Of a DNA stretch of 64,000 nucleotides, positions 14,653 to 27,482 are shown piece after piece. Made by a program: the position numbers and the translations under genes. The notes under the pieces were generated by a model, which ran no database searches, was not told the origin of the DNA, and saw only the letters and a list, made by a program, of their open reading frames with translations. This stretch comes from Dimorphilus gyrociliatus (lineage: Eukaryota > Animalia > Annelida), in assembly GCA_904063045.1 (NCBI GenBank), contig CAJFCJ010000009.1:1984968-2048967 (forward strand), read 5' to 3'. Every line of letters starts with the position of its first letter. Within the stretch, counting starts at the first letter, position 1.

Positions 14653-17013
14653 ATGAATTCAGAAGAAGGTAACCAACAAACAAAATGTGAAAAGCTGCTT
14701 TTGACGATAAAGAAGCATAGGACGTTTCTTTTAGTGTTTTTAGCCCTTTTCCTGGATAACGTTCTAACAACAATAGTTGGTAAGAGCTTCTTTCATATTC
14801 TATTTAAAAGAGAATTATAAAATGTTTTCATTCAAAATTATCTTCAAAATTTCTATTCTTTATCTTATCAAAACAGTTCCAATAATTCCTGATTATTTGG
14901 GTAATTTTAACGGAAAGAATACTAATTTTACAGATTTTGACAACAATACGTTCATGAGGTAAAAATTTCATTTTATTTCTATTATCAAAACTTATCTTAG
15001 ATCAATTAGCATTTTAGTAAGTTACGCAATTGGAAATAAGGATCATTTGTGTAACTTTTATTTCCTTAGAAAATCTTGAAAAGTTCTACTACATTTTTTC
15101 ATTTTCTCTTAGAGATGATACAAGAACTGGATGGCTATTTTCTTCCAAGGCGATAGTGCAACTTTTCTTCAACTTTGTAATAGGGCACATAGTGAACAGG
15201 TTAATAAGGGTTGAAAGGTAATTTTACGCAAGACGGCTTTCTAATGATATCTCTTTTATAGATATGGACATTTGTCCTGCATGGTATTCGGTAGTGTCAT
15301 GTTTGTAATATCTTGCATCCGTAAGATATTATACTAATTTATTCACGTGTCCATAAGTAACTTTCGTGTTTTCTTATTGTAGTTTACACTATTGGAACTA
15401 ATTACGTACAGCTTCTTATCGCACGATCATTACATGGAATTTCTTCAGCTGGTATGAATGTTGCAGGATTTTCGGCTTTGGCTAACAAATATCAAGAAGA
15501 TAGAGAGAGAAGTTTAATCATAGGCCTAGCTATGTCTGGAGTTGCTAGTGGTGTAATAGTTGGCTATCCTTTGGGCGGTAGTTTATATGAGTTTGTTGGA
15601 AAGACGATGCCCTTTGCAATTTTGACATCTATTGGTATAGTACAATTGTTCTTACAATTTACTGATTTACCAGAAGCTAATGAATCTTTAACAATTGGAT
15701 TTGGGACAAATCATTCATTTTACGATCTTTTGAAAGATTTTAGGTTTTTAGTTTTATTTGGAGCTCTTTTATTGCCGGAAGTTGTTATAGCAGCTATAGA
15801 ACCCACGTTGCCTCGTTTCTTAGAAGAGAAAATGGACGCTGAAGAGTGGGAAGTGGGTGCAGCTTTTTTGCCTGACAGTCTTGGGTTCTTACTTGGTTCT
15901 TCTCTATTTGCAACGCTGGCCAGAAAAATCGGACGGAAATTGCTGACAACCGTTTCATTGTTACTAATGTCCGCTTGTCTGATTGCTTCATCTTATAGTC
16001 GACAGGTGGCGCATTTAATCTTGCCTCAATTCGGAGTTGGTTTAGGATTGGGCGGTAAGACTAAAATTCTTTTCCAAACGCAGATAGAAATACTTGAAGA
16101 AACTTATTTGTTATATATAAAAATAAACAGGAATAGACGCTTCACTGATACCTCTTCTGGCTCTCTTAGTGGATCAGTACTGTCCAGGACAATACGGAGC
16201 CGCCTACGCAATTGGACAATCGGCAATTTGCTTAGGATTTGCTTTAGGTATATTTGATTGTTTTACTCATGAATAAAGAACTGTTGTATTAATTTGTCTT
16301 AAGCTATAATATAAGAGTAAAACACAATACGAAGATAATTAATAGAATTATGAGAAAACGATACCAAAAAAAAAATAATTTTGAAGATTGTTTTCTTTTT
16401 TTTTTTTAAAAAAAACAAAATATACAAACAACTAGATAGAATATATCTATATATACAGATATATCATATATATTTTGTATTAAAAAATCTTTAAATGACA
16501 AATAAAGAATGAGTAGAAAAAAGAAGAAGAAGAAGCCAAAGTATTAAAAATAACAGCTGTTGTTTTTTTATATATTTATCATTAAAATTGCAATTATCCA
16601 TTGCATTATTATTAACTTCCTTATTGTTACTATTAGTATTGTGTTGTTCTTTTTTTGTTAGTATGCCAAGTAGTAAGCCATGATAAAAAATAATATGCTT
16701 TAATATAGTATATAAGTAATGTAGCAGAAAAAAAATCCAGACTATTTTACGTCAATGGAGAGAGGAGATGTTTTCATAATGTTAATATTTGCAGGTCCAG
16801 CCTTTGCTGGATATATTACAGACGCTCTTGGATTTAGGTGGTAAGTAGTATTTGTTGATTCATTTTAATTGTTTTTGTTTATTAAACTGTCGATTTTGGG
16901 ATTTTCTGACCAGGCTTTTAAGAATTTTGTGCTGCTTGGCTGCTTCCTATTCTTGTGTAACTTGTCTTTGTTTTCCGTCAATTCAAACGGGTGTTTATAA
17001 TCAACTTAGATGA
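14653..17013 (+). CDS. SLC18 vesicular neurotransmitter transporter (MFS), portabella-like rather than canonical VMAT/VAChT. 9 exons: first 14653-14779; TM10-11 exon 16131-16247; then 16795-16840; last 16914-17013
   Basis: ALFLDNVLTTIVVPIIPDYL (TM1), WLFSSKAIVQ, LLIARSLHGISS, GGSLYEFVGKTMPF, AAIEPTLP, AFLPDSLG, GIDASLIPLLALLVD, YGAAYAIGQSAICLGFALGP. The stop is tga at 17011-17013. Confidence 0.88.
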
Positions 17014-17445
17014 AAAGATATATATGAAGGTTTGTAATCTAAATATTAAACGCTAACGAATGTACCAGCGATAGCTATAACTGACTAATTTAAATGGTTT
17101 TCAATGTTTGGTAATATTTCTATTGTTAAGCCTCTTGAAAGACTCTGCAAATGTAAAACTATACGCTTATGATGAGTAGTTGTAAGAGAAGATAGATAAC
17201 AAAAATAGGGATTTTGTTGACACAGTGTAGCATGCATAATGCTAACCTCACCAATTGGTACTGTCCCCCTTCACAAAGTATTAAGTTTTTAAAGTATCCC
17301 TCAAAAAAGATAAATGCAATAGATCAAAGGAAAAATATACACATACTAGCTGAATAAATAGTAATCTCTTCATTGTGTGTTTTGTTCTCTTTTATTTTAG
17401 ATTGTAAATGTTTATTTTTCAGAATTGTCGATATTTCTGACCGAA

Positions 17446-18549
17446 ATGCCTGAGGATGGAAAAGATCCTCTCTTGATATGGGCGGAATATCATCTACATC
17501 CAAATTTGAGTAGAGAAGAGGCTTTTAAATTATTGCAGCCTCATAATAATGATTTTCGATTCACGTATGGTTTAGCTTCACTCTTCATTACATTGTACAG
17601 TATAACAGCTGTTAGTGCCCTTATAGTAAACTCCTTAATGGCCTATGTTCTTATTAGTAATAAGACTCTTAGGAGTGCTAATAATGCTTTTGTGACGAAT
17701 TTGATAATCAGTGATATATTATTAGCTCTTATCGTTATGCCTTTATCAACCATAATGCTTATTCTAAAAGAATGGAATCTTGGAGAGACCTTTTGTAAAA
17801 TGACTCCATGGTTAAAAGCTACATGTGTATCATGCAGTACTTATAGTATAAGCGCTATTGCAGCTATACGATATCGTTGTATTGTGAAAGGATCTAAATT
17901 ACCGTCCTACCGAAATGCCTCACTTGGTATTGCAACTATTTGGGTTGTTTCCACGATTATTGGATCACCAATGTTGTTTGTTGTTCAAATACGAATCTAT
18001 AAAATAGCACCGCCGTATCTTTTGTATAGGACTTGCTCAGAACATTGGCAAAGTTATACATTAAAAGTCTTATATAGTGTGACGGTCATGACTTTACAAT
18101 TTATTTTACCTCTACTTATTATAGCCTTTGTCCACTGGAATATCTGTAGTGTTCTAAAGCGTAGAATAAATGCTAGACATAGGCCATTAGTTAGAGCTCT
18201 ACGTGAGGCAAGACGTCATCGGAAGAATTCAACATTACTCATGATGATTGCTTGTGTATTCGCCTTTTGTTGGTTTCCTTTCAGTTTTTTCAACTTGATA
18301 GCTGATTTAGAAAGCAAACAAATCAGCAATGAATATTTCATGGTTATCTACGGATCTTTCCTATTAATAGCCCTGAGTTCAGCATGTTTGAATCCATTGC
18401 TTTATTGCTGGACAAATGAAGCTATCAGAAGAACTATAAAAGGATTACTAAAGAGAAACACTAACTATAATAGAAGGAATACTAACTTACAAGAAAATAG
18501 TTTAATCATGAGAGTGTTACGAAATCAACCTCTTGTTCACGTTTTATAG
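17446..18549 (+). CDS. Rhodopsin-class neuropeptide GPCR, NPY/NPF-receptor-like, single coding exon
   Basis: Seven hydrophobic helices; N-x4-D in TM2 (NLIISD); WNLGETFCK; IRY in place of DRY; CSEHW in ECL2; FCWFPFSFFNLIAD; SSACLNPLLYCW. ATG at 17446, with an acceptor-like tttttcag at about 17415-17422 upstream. Confidence 0.8.
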   Translation: MPEDGKDPLLIWAEYHLHPNLSREEAFKLLQPHNNDFRFTYGLASLFITLYSITAVSALIVNSLMAYVLISNKTLRSANNAFVTNLIISDILLALIVMPLSTIMLILKEWNLGETFCKMTPWLKATCVSCSTYSISAIAAIRYRCIVKGSKLPSYRNASLGIATIWVVSTIIGSPMLFVVQIRIYKIAPPYLLYRTCSEHWQSYTLKVLYSVTVMTLQFILPLLIIAFVHWNICSVLKRRINARHRPLVRALREARRHRKNSTLLMMIACVFAFCWFPFSFFNLIADLESKQISNEYFMVIYGSFLLIALSSACLNPLLYCWTNEAIRRTIKGLLKRNTNYNRRNTNLQENSLIMRVLRNQPLVHVL

Positions 18550-21309
18550 TCAACTTTCATATTTCTCATTGTCGCTCTTAAAAAGAAAGATAAAACGAAA
18601 AACGAGAAGGGAAAGTTTGGAAATTTTTACTTCTATAGAATTAGACTTGTATTTGAACAAACGAAAAGTCTTTATACCTCGTTTTTCCCTATCTAAAAAA
18701 TTCAATAAATATCTTATTAAGTGTGTTCGTACTTCCTTGCTATATTTATTAAAACGCAGCAATGATGAAATTATAACAGACTTATATAATTAATACTTGT
18801 TTGAATGCCAGCGATATCTCTTCCCTCATCGCTTTATTGGATAAAAATATTTAAAGATCTTTACTAAGAAATATACTATGTTTAGGATATGACAGCGGTA
18901 AAAACTAGCACATCAGTGGCGCGTACGTATCCTTTATTTCTGGATACAAAATCTCTTGACAGATAGAAGCTGGTCTGTAATTAGTACTCATTTTATACTA
19001 ATAATAGTCAAAAATAAATATTTTTATATTATATTTAATGAGTTTAACTATTGTTTTTTTTTAAAAAAAAGATAGTCTACATACTTCTATATAAGCATTT
19101 CTTTCGCTCAAAATAGAGCCAATGAATCATTGAGAACATTGTGATACAGTAACAAGTATTGATTTGTTAATTGATTATTTGTTGGAATATGTAGTACATA
19201 AATAGTAATGACTAAAACAAATTAAGGAACTCTTTCTATATGCTCATGTAAAACTTAAAAGACTGTTCACATGAATATTTTAACTATCCTTAATATTCTT
19301 ACATCCTCCCATGCAGTTAGGCATATGTTGGATATACTGTAAATAGTCATTTAATACTCTTTTTTTGGCCTAGTTAACCTCCTTAAACTTTATTTTAAGG
19401 CTCTCACTCTGGAACACAGCTTATAATTGAAACTTAGGTTCTTGGATAAATAGGATTTTTTTCAGAGACTCTGTCATTGTTACCGACTTTTAGGGGAATA
19501 TCCAATCATCCAAAAGCTCATCATCTTTAACCTTCGCTAGCTTTCTATCAGACATTCTCTATGTCTGAACACTTATTGGTACTGCCAAAAAGAATAATTT
19601 TATCGAGGAGGATACTTAGGATTGCTATCAAATTTCTCTAAATTAGAATAACACTCTAAACTAATATATAATCTGTGATTGCACAAAGAGGACTAGGAGC
19701 ATTGAGAAGTGGACTTTGAGATGTTCATGTAGATTTATAATTGTCTTTAGATTTTTCATATCCAATGTCACTCCACTTTTAATTTGAATGTTTGTCTTGT
19801 TAGAGCAATGTACTTACTTAGCACGTAGTGTTTCATATGGGTATTCTTTAATCTCTCATGGTATATTGTATTTTTATGAGAAGCGACAACAACCAACAAT
19901 TTTTACAGTGTTCTTTAGTTCATTTCCATGAATATAAAACAGAGTTCGCAAATTTGTTTGCTGCCACCTTCTTTGGCTTTGAAGATGCATTGATCTGATA
20001 TGATAAGTTCAGTTTAGGCCTAATACCTTGTGAAATTCATATTATGGAGCTTTTGAACTGCCTCTCTTGATACCCTAAATAGAGTACAGATATTTAAAAT
20101 CCGCTTAAAAACCGTAAAGGCTCTTTTTGTTTTAAATTATTCTATTTGGTTAGTGGGTCACTGAGAGAATACAACCCACTTGTAATCATCGTCAGGCTGA
20201 CTCCTAAGGTCTATCTAATCAATATACGCCATACTATTAAAACCCCTTTTTAGTTTAATTTTACCGATTGTCCGTTAAAAAAAAGAATACTCTACATATT
20301 TTATTCGTGCTTGTATTTGAGTAGTTTGTCAAAAAATATCTGGCTATTTGATAAAAATAATTCATAAAACGATAGGAAAGAAAAGATAAAAGTATGATAA
20401 AACAAGATGTACACGAGGTATTTTATACAAATGTGTAGTTTCAGTCATAGTATTCTATTTCCTATTGTTGTTTTTGTTTGTCTATTCTTTCGTGTTAATT
20501 GTTTTTTTTTTAAGCAGAGAAATACAAAAAATTTTCCGCTAAAATTGCATACTTAATAAAAAAGAGTGATTATCTTCCTTATGTATGCTGTATATTTTTT
20601 TTGGAGTAATCATCAATGAGATATTAAGAAAAGGAGTATTAGGAAACAAAACAAAAGTAATGGAAAATGAGATATTATCTTTTTTCATCTCCATCTTCCT
20701 CTATAATCATTTATTTAAAGCGAGCGAATAGCTATAAACTGTAAGATGATTTATCTTCCCTCAACGTCGTCCTTCTTTCTCATTCAAAGGTAAAAAATTT
20801 CATTATGCACTTAAAAGGTTAAGGTAACGTAAGAGCGAAAAGTTATATCTGAATTTCTAGGAGCTTATTTATTTTATTAAATTGATTAATAAAGAATAAG
20901 ATATAGAGAATAGACAAAACCAATATTTTTAATTATGTAAAAATTACTCGTTTTTGTATTCATTACCACATGTTTGCTTGTTTAGTTTGTTTCGTTAAAA
21001 TATAATTTCATTAATGAGTTTATGCATAGTCGAATATTTAATATGCAGTCATCTCTAGAAACAATATATAGACAGATTGAGAAAAAAGATGTACATCTAA
21101 TTATTTCACAATAGACTTGATGATTTTATATTAGTTATTAAACTGTATACCACGTAGGAATTTCTATAATAAACTGATTAGAGTAGAATTGCTTGAGAAA
21201 AGTAATATTCTTTTTTAAACAAGTAGATATGACCAAAAGGGGTTTTCTTGGATTTCTATATTTGGTAATTCAATCAATAATTATGCACTTTTAAGGTATC
21301 ATATTCATC

Positions 21310-23951
21310 TTATAAATATAGATCCAACTGATGAAAGTTCGTCGAAAGATGACAACTGATTTTCATCATCGTCAGAAATAAGATTACAGTTTTCATCTAT
21401 AAACTGTACAACACTATCCATTCCGCTTTCGTGAGCTTTTTCTCTCAACGATATCAGTCTATCTCCATACTAAAACAAAGAGTAAATAATCGTTTCAAAT
21501 GAAAAGAGGATGTTATAAATATTCTTACCTGTTTCCATATTCTTGTTTTGCACCCGCCATTTATTAAGCTTTGAGCAATAGCATCTTGATTTGATTCTAT
21601 GCAATCAAATAATAAATGACTAAAAAATGATAAATCAGCGTATTCCATGACAAGAGGTACTATTTCTTCAACTTTGTCTAAATTTCCTTCCTATAAAGTG
21701 ACAAAAGTGACAGCATCAATTAATTTTTTACATTTTTCTCATTTTACGTATTTCATCACTTTTATGAAATGATAAAGAATGTCCTTACCGCAATATATTC
21801 TCTTATTTTCGATTCAAAATCGATATTATGTAAATGAACCCATGTAGAAAATTCCACTACTTCTCTTGTCAGTGTCTGATGTTCTAAAGTAGTAATGTTT
21901 CCTTCGAAATAGTTACTCGGAACTCTTCCTCTCTATAGATTTATAATAGAATGTTATGAAAGAATATCGTGAATGTTAAGAGACAACGGATATTATATTT
22001 GAAGAAATATTAGAATAATATATACATTAAAAATCTTTTCAGGTCTAAAATAACTTTCTACTTTTCCAACCTGCTAATAAAAGAGAACGAGTCTACTTAC
22101 AACATCTTTCACTTCATCTGATCCACCAAAAGCCACCATTTTTGAGACAATATCGTTTCTGCCATGTAGTAAATAGCCATAGTGCATAGATGTCCGATTA
22201 AGCTGATCGAAGATTAATGACAAATAAGTGGAAATAATATACAACTGTATACATATATATGTGTGCATGTATGCACAGTAGCTATAAAGAACAATCTTTT
22301 ACATATAATATATATACAATAAATTGTATTCTATATGCTTTAGCGTTTTGTTAGAAGAATGAAAGTGAGTATGGAAAACATTTTGCTTTGACCATACAGA
22401 AAAGCTTTCCTCTTTTTTTTTATTAAGAATTTCTCTCCATAATTATTGCTTTTTATAATAACATATATAAAAAAAGAGCTTTCAATTGATGAGGTTTTTG
22501 CTACATATAAAATACTAATATATTAATGCATGTAGTATATGATAAGTAACATTCTTAATACCTTCATTTTGTAATATTTTAAACTTACGTTGTCACCGAA
22601 ATTAACCAAGTAAGGAAATCTTTCAATTAGGGATATAATTAATAATTCGTTGTCAGTTAGTAAAGCCTTATGAAGTATGTGTCTACCACAAACATCACGA
22701 GCTAATGCTGCTTCGTTTTTCATGTGAAATTGACCTTGAGCGTATTTGAGGACAGTAGCTAAATCTCCTTCATCAACCGCTCGAAACATCCGTTCGCCAC
22801 ATCGCTTTTAGGATATTCGAATATTTAATCAAACAATTAGTATATATATATAGTATTTTATTTGTTAACAAAATATATCAGCTAACCGTTATATATCTTA
22901 TTTGCCGAATAAATTTTGCAGTTTCTTTGAACAATCTTCCTTCCAGTTCACTTTTTACTTCATTCGCAAGGGTAGAATTAGACTCGAGAGCTGCATATAT
23001 ATAATTATAGCCTTTGAGAACCCAGTTTTCTAAAGACTCCAAATCTCTCTTTAAAATTGTCTCTAAAACGTATTCATCAATTGCCTATTGAAAATAGTAG
23101 AGCTTACATTAAATAAACAAGAGGAAAATACATAAAGTTTCCAAGTTAACAGTAAATTAACCTCAATATAGTCATCTCTTGAAAGCTCAGCAGCAAAATC
23201 TCTTGGCGTTCGACCTTTAAAATCCCTTTCTGCTAGATCAGCTCTATAGCTTAAGATATCCTTAAGAACTGCCGCCGGAAAATTTTCTTTCATAGCTGTG
23301 AATAGAATATTTTGGCCATCTTGATCCTTTATTAGTGTATTAGATTGTCGAAGTACTGCTTGAATAATTTTATAATCGAGAAGTTTTGGTGGTCCAGTAA
23401 GAACATGAAAGAAAAGGGGTTTAATACGAGGCTCCTGCGAATTTTCATAAGGAGTGGAAGTGTCAGGCCAAAGGGTAAGTAATTCTTCTACGACCCCAAC
23501 ACAATTTTGCTCCCAGACAGCTGCCAGCAGAGGCTGAGGAATTTTTGGAAAAGAATCATAGTAAAACCGATAAGAAAAGTCCTTTGTATTTACATCTGGT
23601 CGACCTAAATAGTTCAGTTAATATACAGTAGTATTACAGGATAAATGTTTGTAATTATTTAAAATTACCTCTTTCTAAGCATTTCTTCATCCAATTTATT
23701 GAACCTGCCAGGCATGCTGCTACAAATTCAGAAGTTTGATCAAATTTTCTTAATAACTGCAAGAGTGCAGTCTTCCTCTCCAGTGATTCTCGATTCTCAA
23801 CTGCTCCAAGTAAATTCAGTCTACCACGACTTTCATTCGTTATTCTTGTTAAACACCATGACTTAAGTAGGCGTTCAACCGTTTTTAATTCCGGAATGTC
23901 CTTTTGCAATTCGTTTACTAGGCCTATAGAAAAAGCGTTTTAGGATTTGTA

Positions 23952-23990
<39 letters not shown>

Positions 23991-24452
23991 AATAGATATT
24001 TTACCTGGCGAATACTCTTCTAGCCAATAATAATTTTCCTCCCAACCTTCTGGCTTCGATTGTAATAAAGATTCTTTCACTGTAAGCCCTTCATTGTCTA
24101 GAGCAAGTGGATTAGCTCCGCATCTCAATAGTGCAATAACAATCCTAAAGACTCCGCGCTTCTTTATTAGTTCATGTAAAACTGTATTATTGTTCTCATC
24201 ACGATTGTTAACGTCAATTCCCCCAAGGCACAGCTGATAAACAACAGGGACGGCTAACGGTGATGAAAACTTTTCATAGTGATCCGAAATAAGGAATAAA
24301 TAACCTCTTCCTTTCTCATCCTTTAAGGTGACGTCTCTACCACTTTCAATCAATCTTAAGGCTTTCTTTGAAACCTTATGTACAGGTTCTTCGGTGAGAA
24401 CCTTATATATCTTAGTTTCCTCAAATCGTAGCATGCAGTTGCTACGAAGCAT
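21310..24452 (-). CDS. Multi-exon ankyrin-repeat protein of unassigned family, about 8 exons. First 24452-24005; last ends ...NFHQLDLYL*
   Basis: Ankyrin-like units DVNNRDENNNTVLHEL, GANPLALDNEGLT, IKDQDGQNILFTAM, ADLAERDFKGRTPRDFA, ARDVCGRHILHKA and NRTSMHYGY are joined by GT-AG introns on the minus strand. Some internal junctions were not fully verified. Confidence 0.75.
23955..23986. repeat. (TA)n microsatellite in intron 1 of the ankyrin gene
   Basis: Seen directly in the sequence. Confidence 0.95.
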
Positions 24453-24951
24453 TTTGGTTATTGTTTGTCGTCAACGAGACGTTCTATTCAAATCGGTTGT
24501 ATAAACGAGAAATATTGAATAAGTCGATCGATGGCCTTATCCTTTATAGGCCTCTTTAAGCGTTCGTCTTTTAAAAACCTCTTATATCAACTTTAAGAAC
24601 ATGTCAAGATCGAAAATGAATAAACAATAGATTTGAATTTGATATTTAAAAATATACAAGCAGACAAGTAAACAAACAAACAAAAAAACCAAGCAAATGA
24701 ACAAGAAAGAGCAGATTAACAATTAATAAATTTTCTATACGAGCTAATCTTTATAAATATTCACAAGTTAATATTATTAAAGTGTATTATAATTGTTAGT
24801 ACGTTGTAGAACAAAATAGTAAGATGAGGTCAATTAAAACGTTCTTATTATACCGTATTCGAGTACGCTTTTCCATGAGGTGAACGAAATTGATTTGTAG
24901 TTCCGGTTCCTTAATTAAAATGAACAAAGATATATTAGAATATGATGAGTA

Positions 24952-24982
24952 TGTGTGTGTGTGTGTGTGTGTTTGTGTGTGT
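24952..24982. repeat. Imperfect (GT)n microsatellite
   Basis: Seen directly in the sequence. Confidence 0.9.
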
Positions 24983-25305
24983 ACGCGTAGAGTGTGAATG
25001 TATTTTCTCTGTCTTTCTTGCTTTGTATACATAAAGTTATAATTTTTCTGAGAGTATGCACCTATTATTTTTTATCTTACACTCCTCCTTCCTGAATAAT
25101 CTATCGGTTCATTTATTAAGCGTTGTCATTAAACTTTAGGACTATGATATAGCTTAATTGTTTTTTTAAGATATTAGAATTTTCCATTAAATAACATCTT
25201 ACTTTCAGCGTAGAGTATTACAAAAGATTATTCTTCTTTACTCCTGCAGTTACACCATCCAGCACTTTCTCAATAAAAACTACGGTCAACTAATATGATA
25301 AAAAA

Positions 25306-26873
25306 ATTGGGAAAATCGCTTACAGGTGACGTCTCTATCTAGTTAAATTGAGGATGCAAAAATAATGACGTGTTAATGAAAAATCCATTTTGATCTATTC
25401 CTTTTTGAAGATTTAATAGTAAATAAGGCCTATAAGGCTAAACCTTTGACGAAGAATATCTTTAGTTATCTACGGTTGTATACTTTTACAACGCTTTGAG
25501 AGTATTTCTATTCAGTGAAAATCAGTGACAAACATCTTGAAAAGTTGTAATACATTCCTTACTTTTTGAGAACAGAAGGAAATCAATATAATCATATTTC
25601 AATTCACAAATTTCAGTGTATTTCTTTTCTCTCTCCTCTTTATAAATAAAATGTATGTTTTCAAAGATTTTAATTGCTTGTAATCTTAGACTCTCTCTTT
25701 CTCAATTTCATTCAATTGTTATTCGTTACTTAATACATAATTCCTGTCTGACTTCTCCTTTTAATAAGCCAAACGTCTACATAGGTTTTTAATAAAGAAA
25801 AATTTTCCCCATAACCGTTACCGTTCTCCTTGAACTAAAATGTAAGATATCTGTAATATTTGTAATACTTTCTTTATATTAACATAGTTTAGATTAATAA
25901 TACATATTAATATTAGTATATTTAATTAACAAGCTTTATGTGTACCTATTATAGTAGCTTTTTTGAAATGACTACACTGTCCTCTCTTGCACTAAATGAC
26001 TCTTTAAGACTTTCAGAGTGTATCATCACATATCATATTTTACATTTAAAAAGGCTTTGACATGACATTTACAGCTATGATAATTAAAATGAAGCTAAAT
26101 ACTTAATAATACTTAATTTATGAACAATATTAGACAAAAGTTCCCACGCATAAGTGTCTTTTGTGCATCTTTGTGGAAAATTTTTCTCTGCATCACCTGT
26201 ACTTAAAAAGCGATTAAACTGTAGACCATTTTGGATTAGTGACTTATTGGTAAATCTCTAGAGAGATTATAAAAACTCTTAATGTCAAAAACCCAAATTT
26301 GAAAGTTTAATTGAAGCATTTAAGAAAATTAGATACTCTCTCTCTCTCTCTGTCTCAAATTAATATTGTAGAGGTTTTAAATCGATCCAGTTAACGTTTG
26401 TTCAGGGAAGGAGAGTTTGTTTATTTTTTTCCACTTGTTTACTTTCGATTTTAAAAAACACTCTATATACTAATATCTAAAAGTATACTTACTGTATATA
26501 GTATTATGAAAAGAGAAAAATTAATGAAAATCTATGAAATTCTTTTAAATAAACTTACTTACGCTAACGATATCGAGAGTCAAAATATCAGTATAAATAA
26601 AGAAGGAAGCGAATTTACCCTTTATTTAATTGATTTTGGAGTGGCTACCTATGGAGTACGTAAAAGGAGTTTGTTAATGAAAGAGATGAAAGTCTGTGAA
26701 TTTCTTCTTTTGTACGACTATTTTCTCTTTACAGTTTAACCAATTTTATGCTTACTTGCATTTATCAATAGTAAATTAGTTATTTCAAGTATTAATATAT
26801 TCACTAAATAGGATTTTCATCATAGATTATTGAACATTTTAATCTTTACAAATTGACTAGCGACATCTACAGT
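25306..26873 (+). pseudogene. Decayed Ser/Thr protein kinase remnant
   Basis: Kinase-like fragments appear in the correct order: IGKIAY(+1)GDV(+2)YLVK (25306, subdomain I), VLMK (about 25370, II), LIGKSLERL (26243, V), NDIESQNISI...LYLIDFGVA (DFG at 26632-26640, VIb-VII) and SDIYS (26859, IX). They are interrupted by frameshifts and stops. Confidence 0.5.
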
Positions 26874-27335
26874 CCCAAAAGTCTTTCCATTCTCTTATCT
26901 ACAATCAATTATCTTTTCTAAAAAGGATAGAAAAGTTATAGCAATATCTTAGCAGAAATAGTACAATGGAAGACAAAATGTTGATTAAGTATTCTGACTT
27001 GTCATACTTTCGTTATATAAAAAGTCCAATTTACTTTAATTACTTTTGTAAAAAATTTAATTAAATAAAGTAAAGATTGCAGTAAATACGGAAAACTCAT
27101 CTTTTTAACTGTACTGTATACTGTATATGCACGTTTGATATGCGTACTTTGTAATTAGTTCTGTGTTATGGAAAAATAATAATATACTTGTATACTATTG
27201 TATGATCTAATTAAAGAGAATGATTCATACGTCTATTATTAATTTCTTAGATTATAACAAAAAAGATGTCTATGATAAAAATAGTAATCTGATCTTTTAA
27301 TGAAAGTAGGTGCTCTTGTTTTTCGATTAAAAATA

Positions 27336-27367
27336 TCATGTGATTTTTTGAGTTGTGGTCACGTGAG
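27336..27367 (+). promoter_or_regulatory. M-box (TCATGTGA, 27336-27343) and CLEAR-like E-box (GTCACGTGAG, 27358-27367) in the alpha-SNAP promoter
   Basis: Exact motifs 115-150 bp upstream of the ATG at 27483. They match MiT/TFE (MITF/TFEB) or USF consensus sites. Function is inferred. Confidence 0.45.
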
Positions 27368-27482
27368 ATTTATCGTGGACATTGCCACGTTGTTGGATTA
27401 GAATTCGAACTCTGGAGAAAATTTCTTCTTATTCGTGTCAAATTTTCTGTTATTTTAAAAGTATCGTGACAAAATAGAAAAC

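Noticed and set aside
19380-20250. Higher-complexity intergenic stretch with splice-like signals and short open pieces (e.g. MSDRKLAKVKDDELLDDWIFP on the minus strand)
   Set aside because: Stops occur in all frames I tried and I recognised no protein or TE motif. It could be a decayed gene or TE, or a long UTR, but I cannot support a call.
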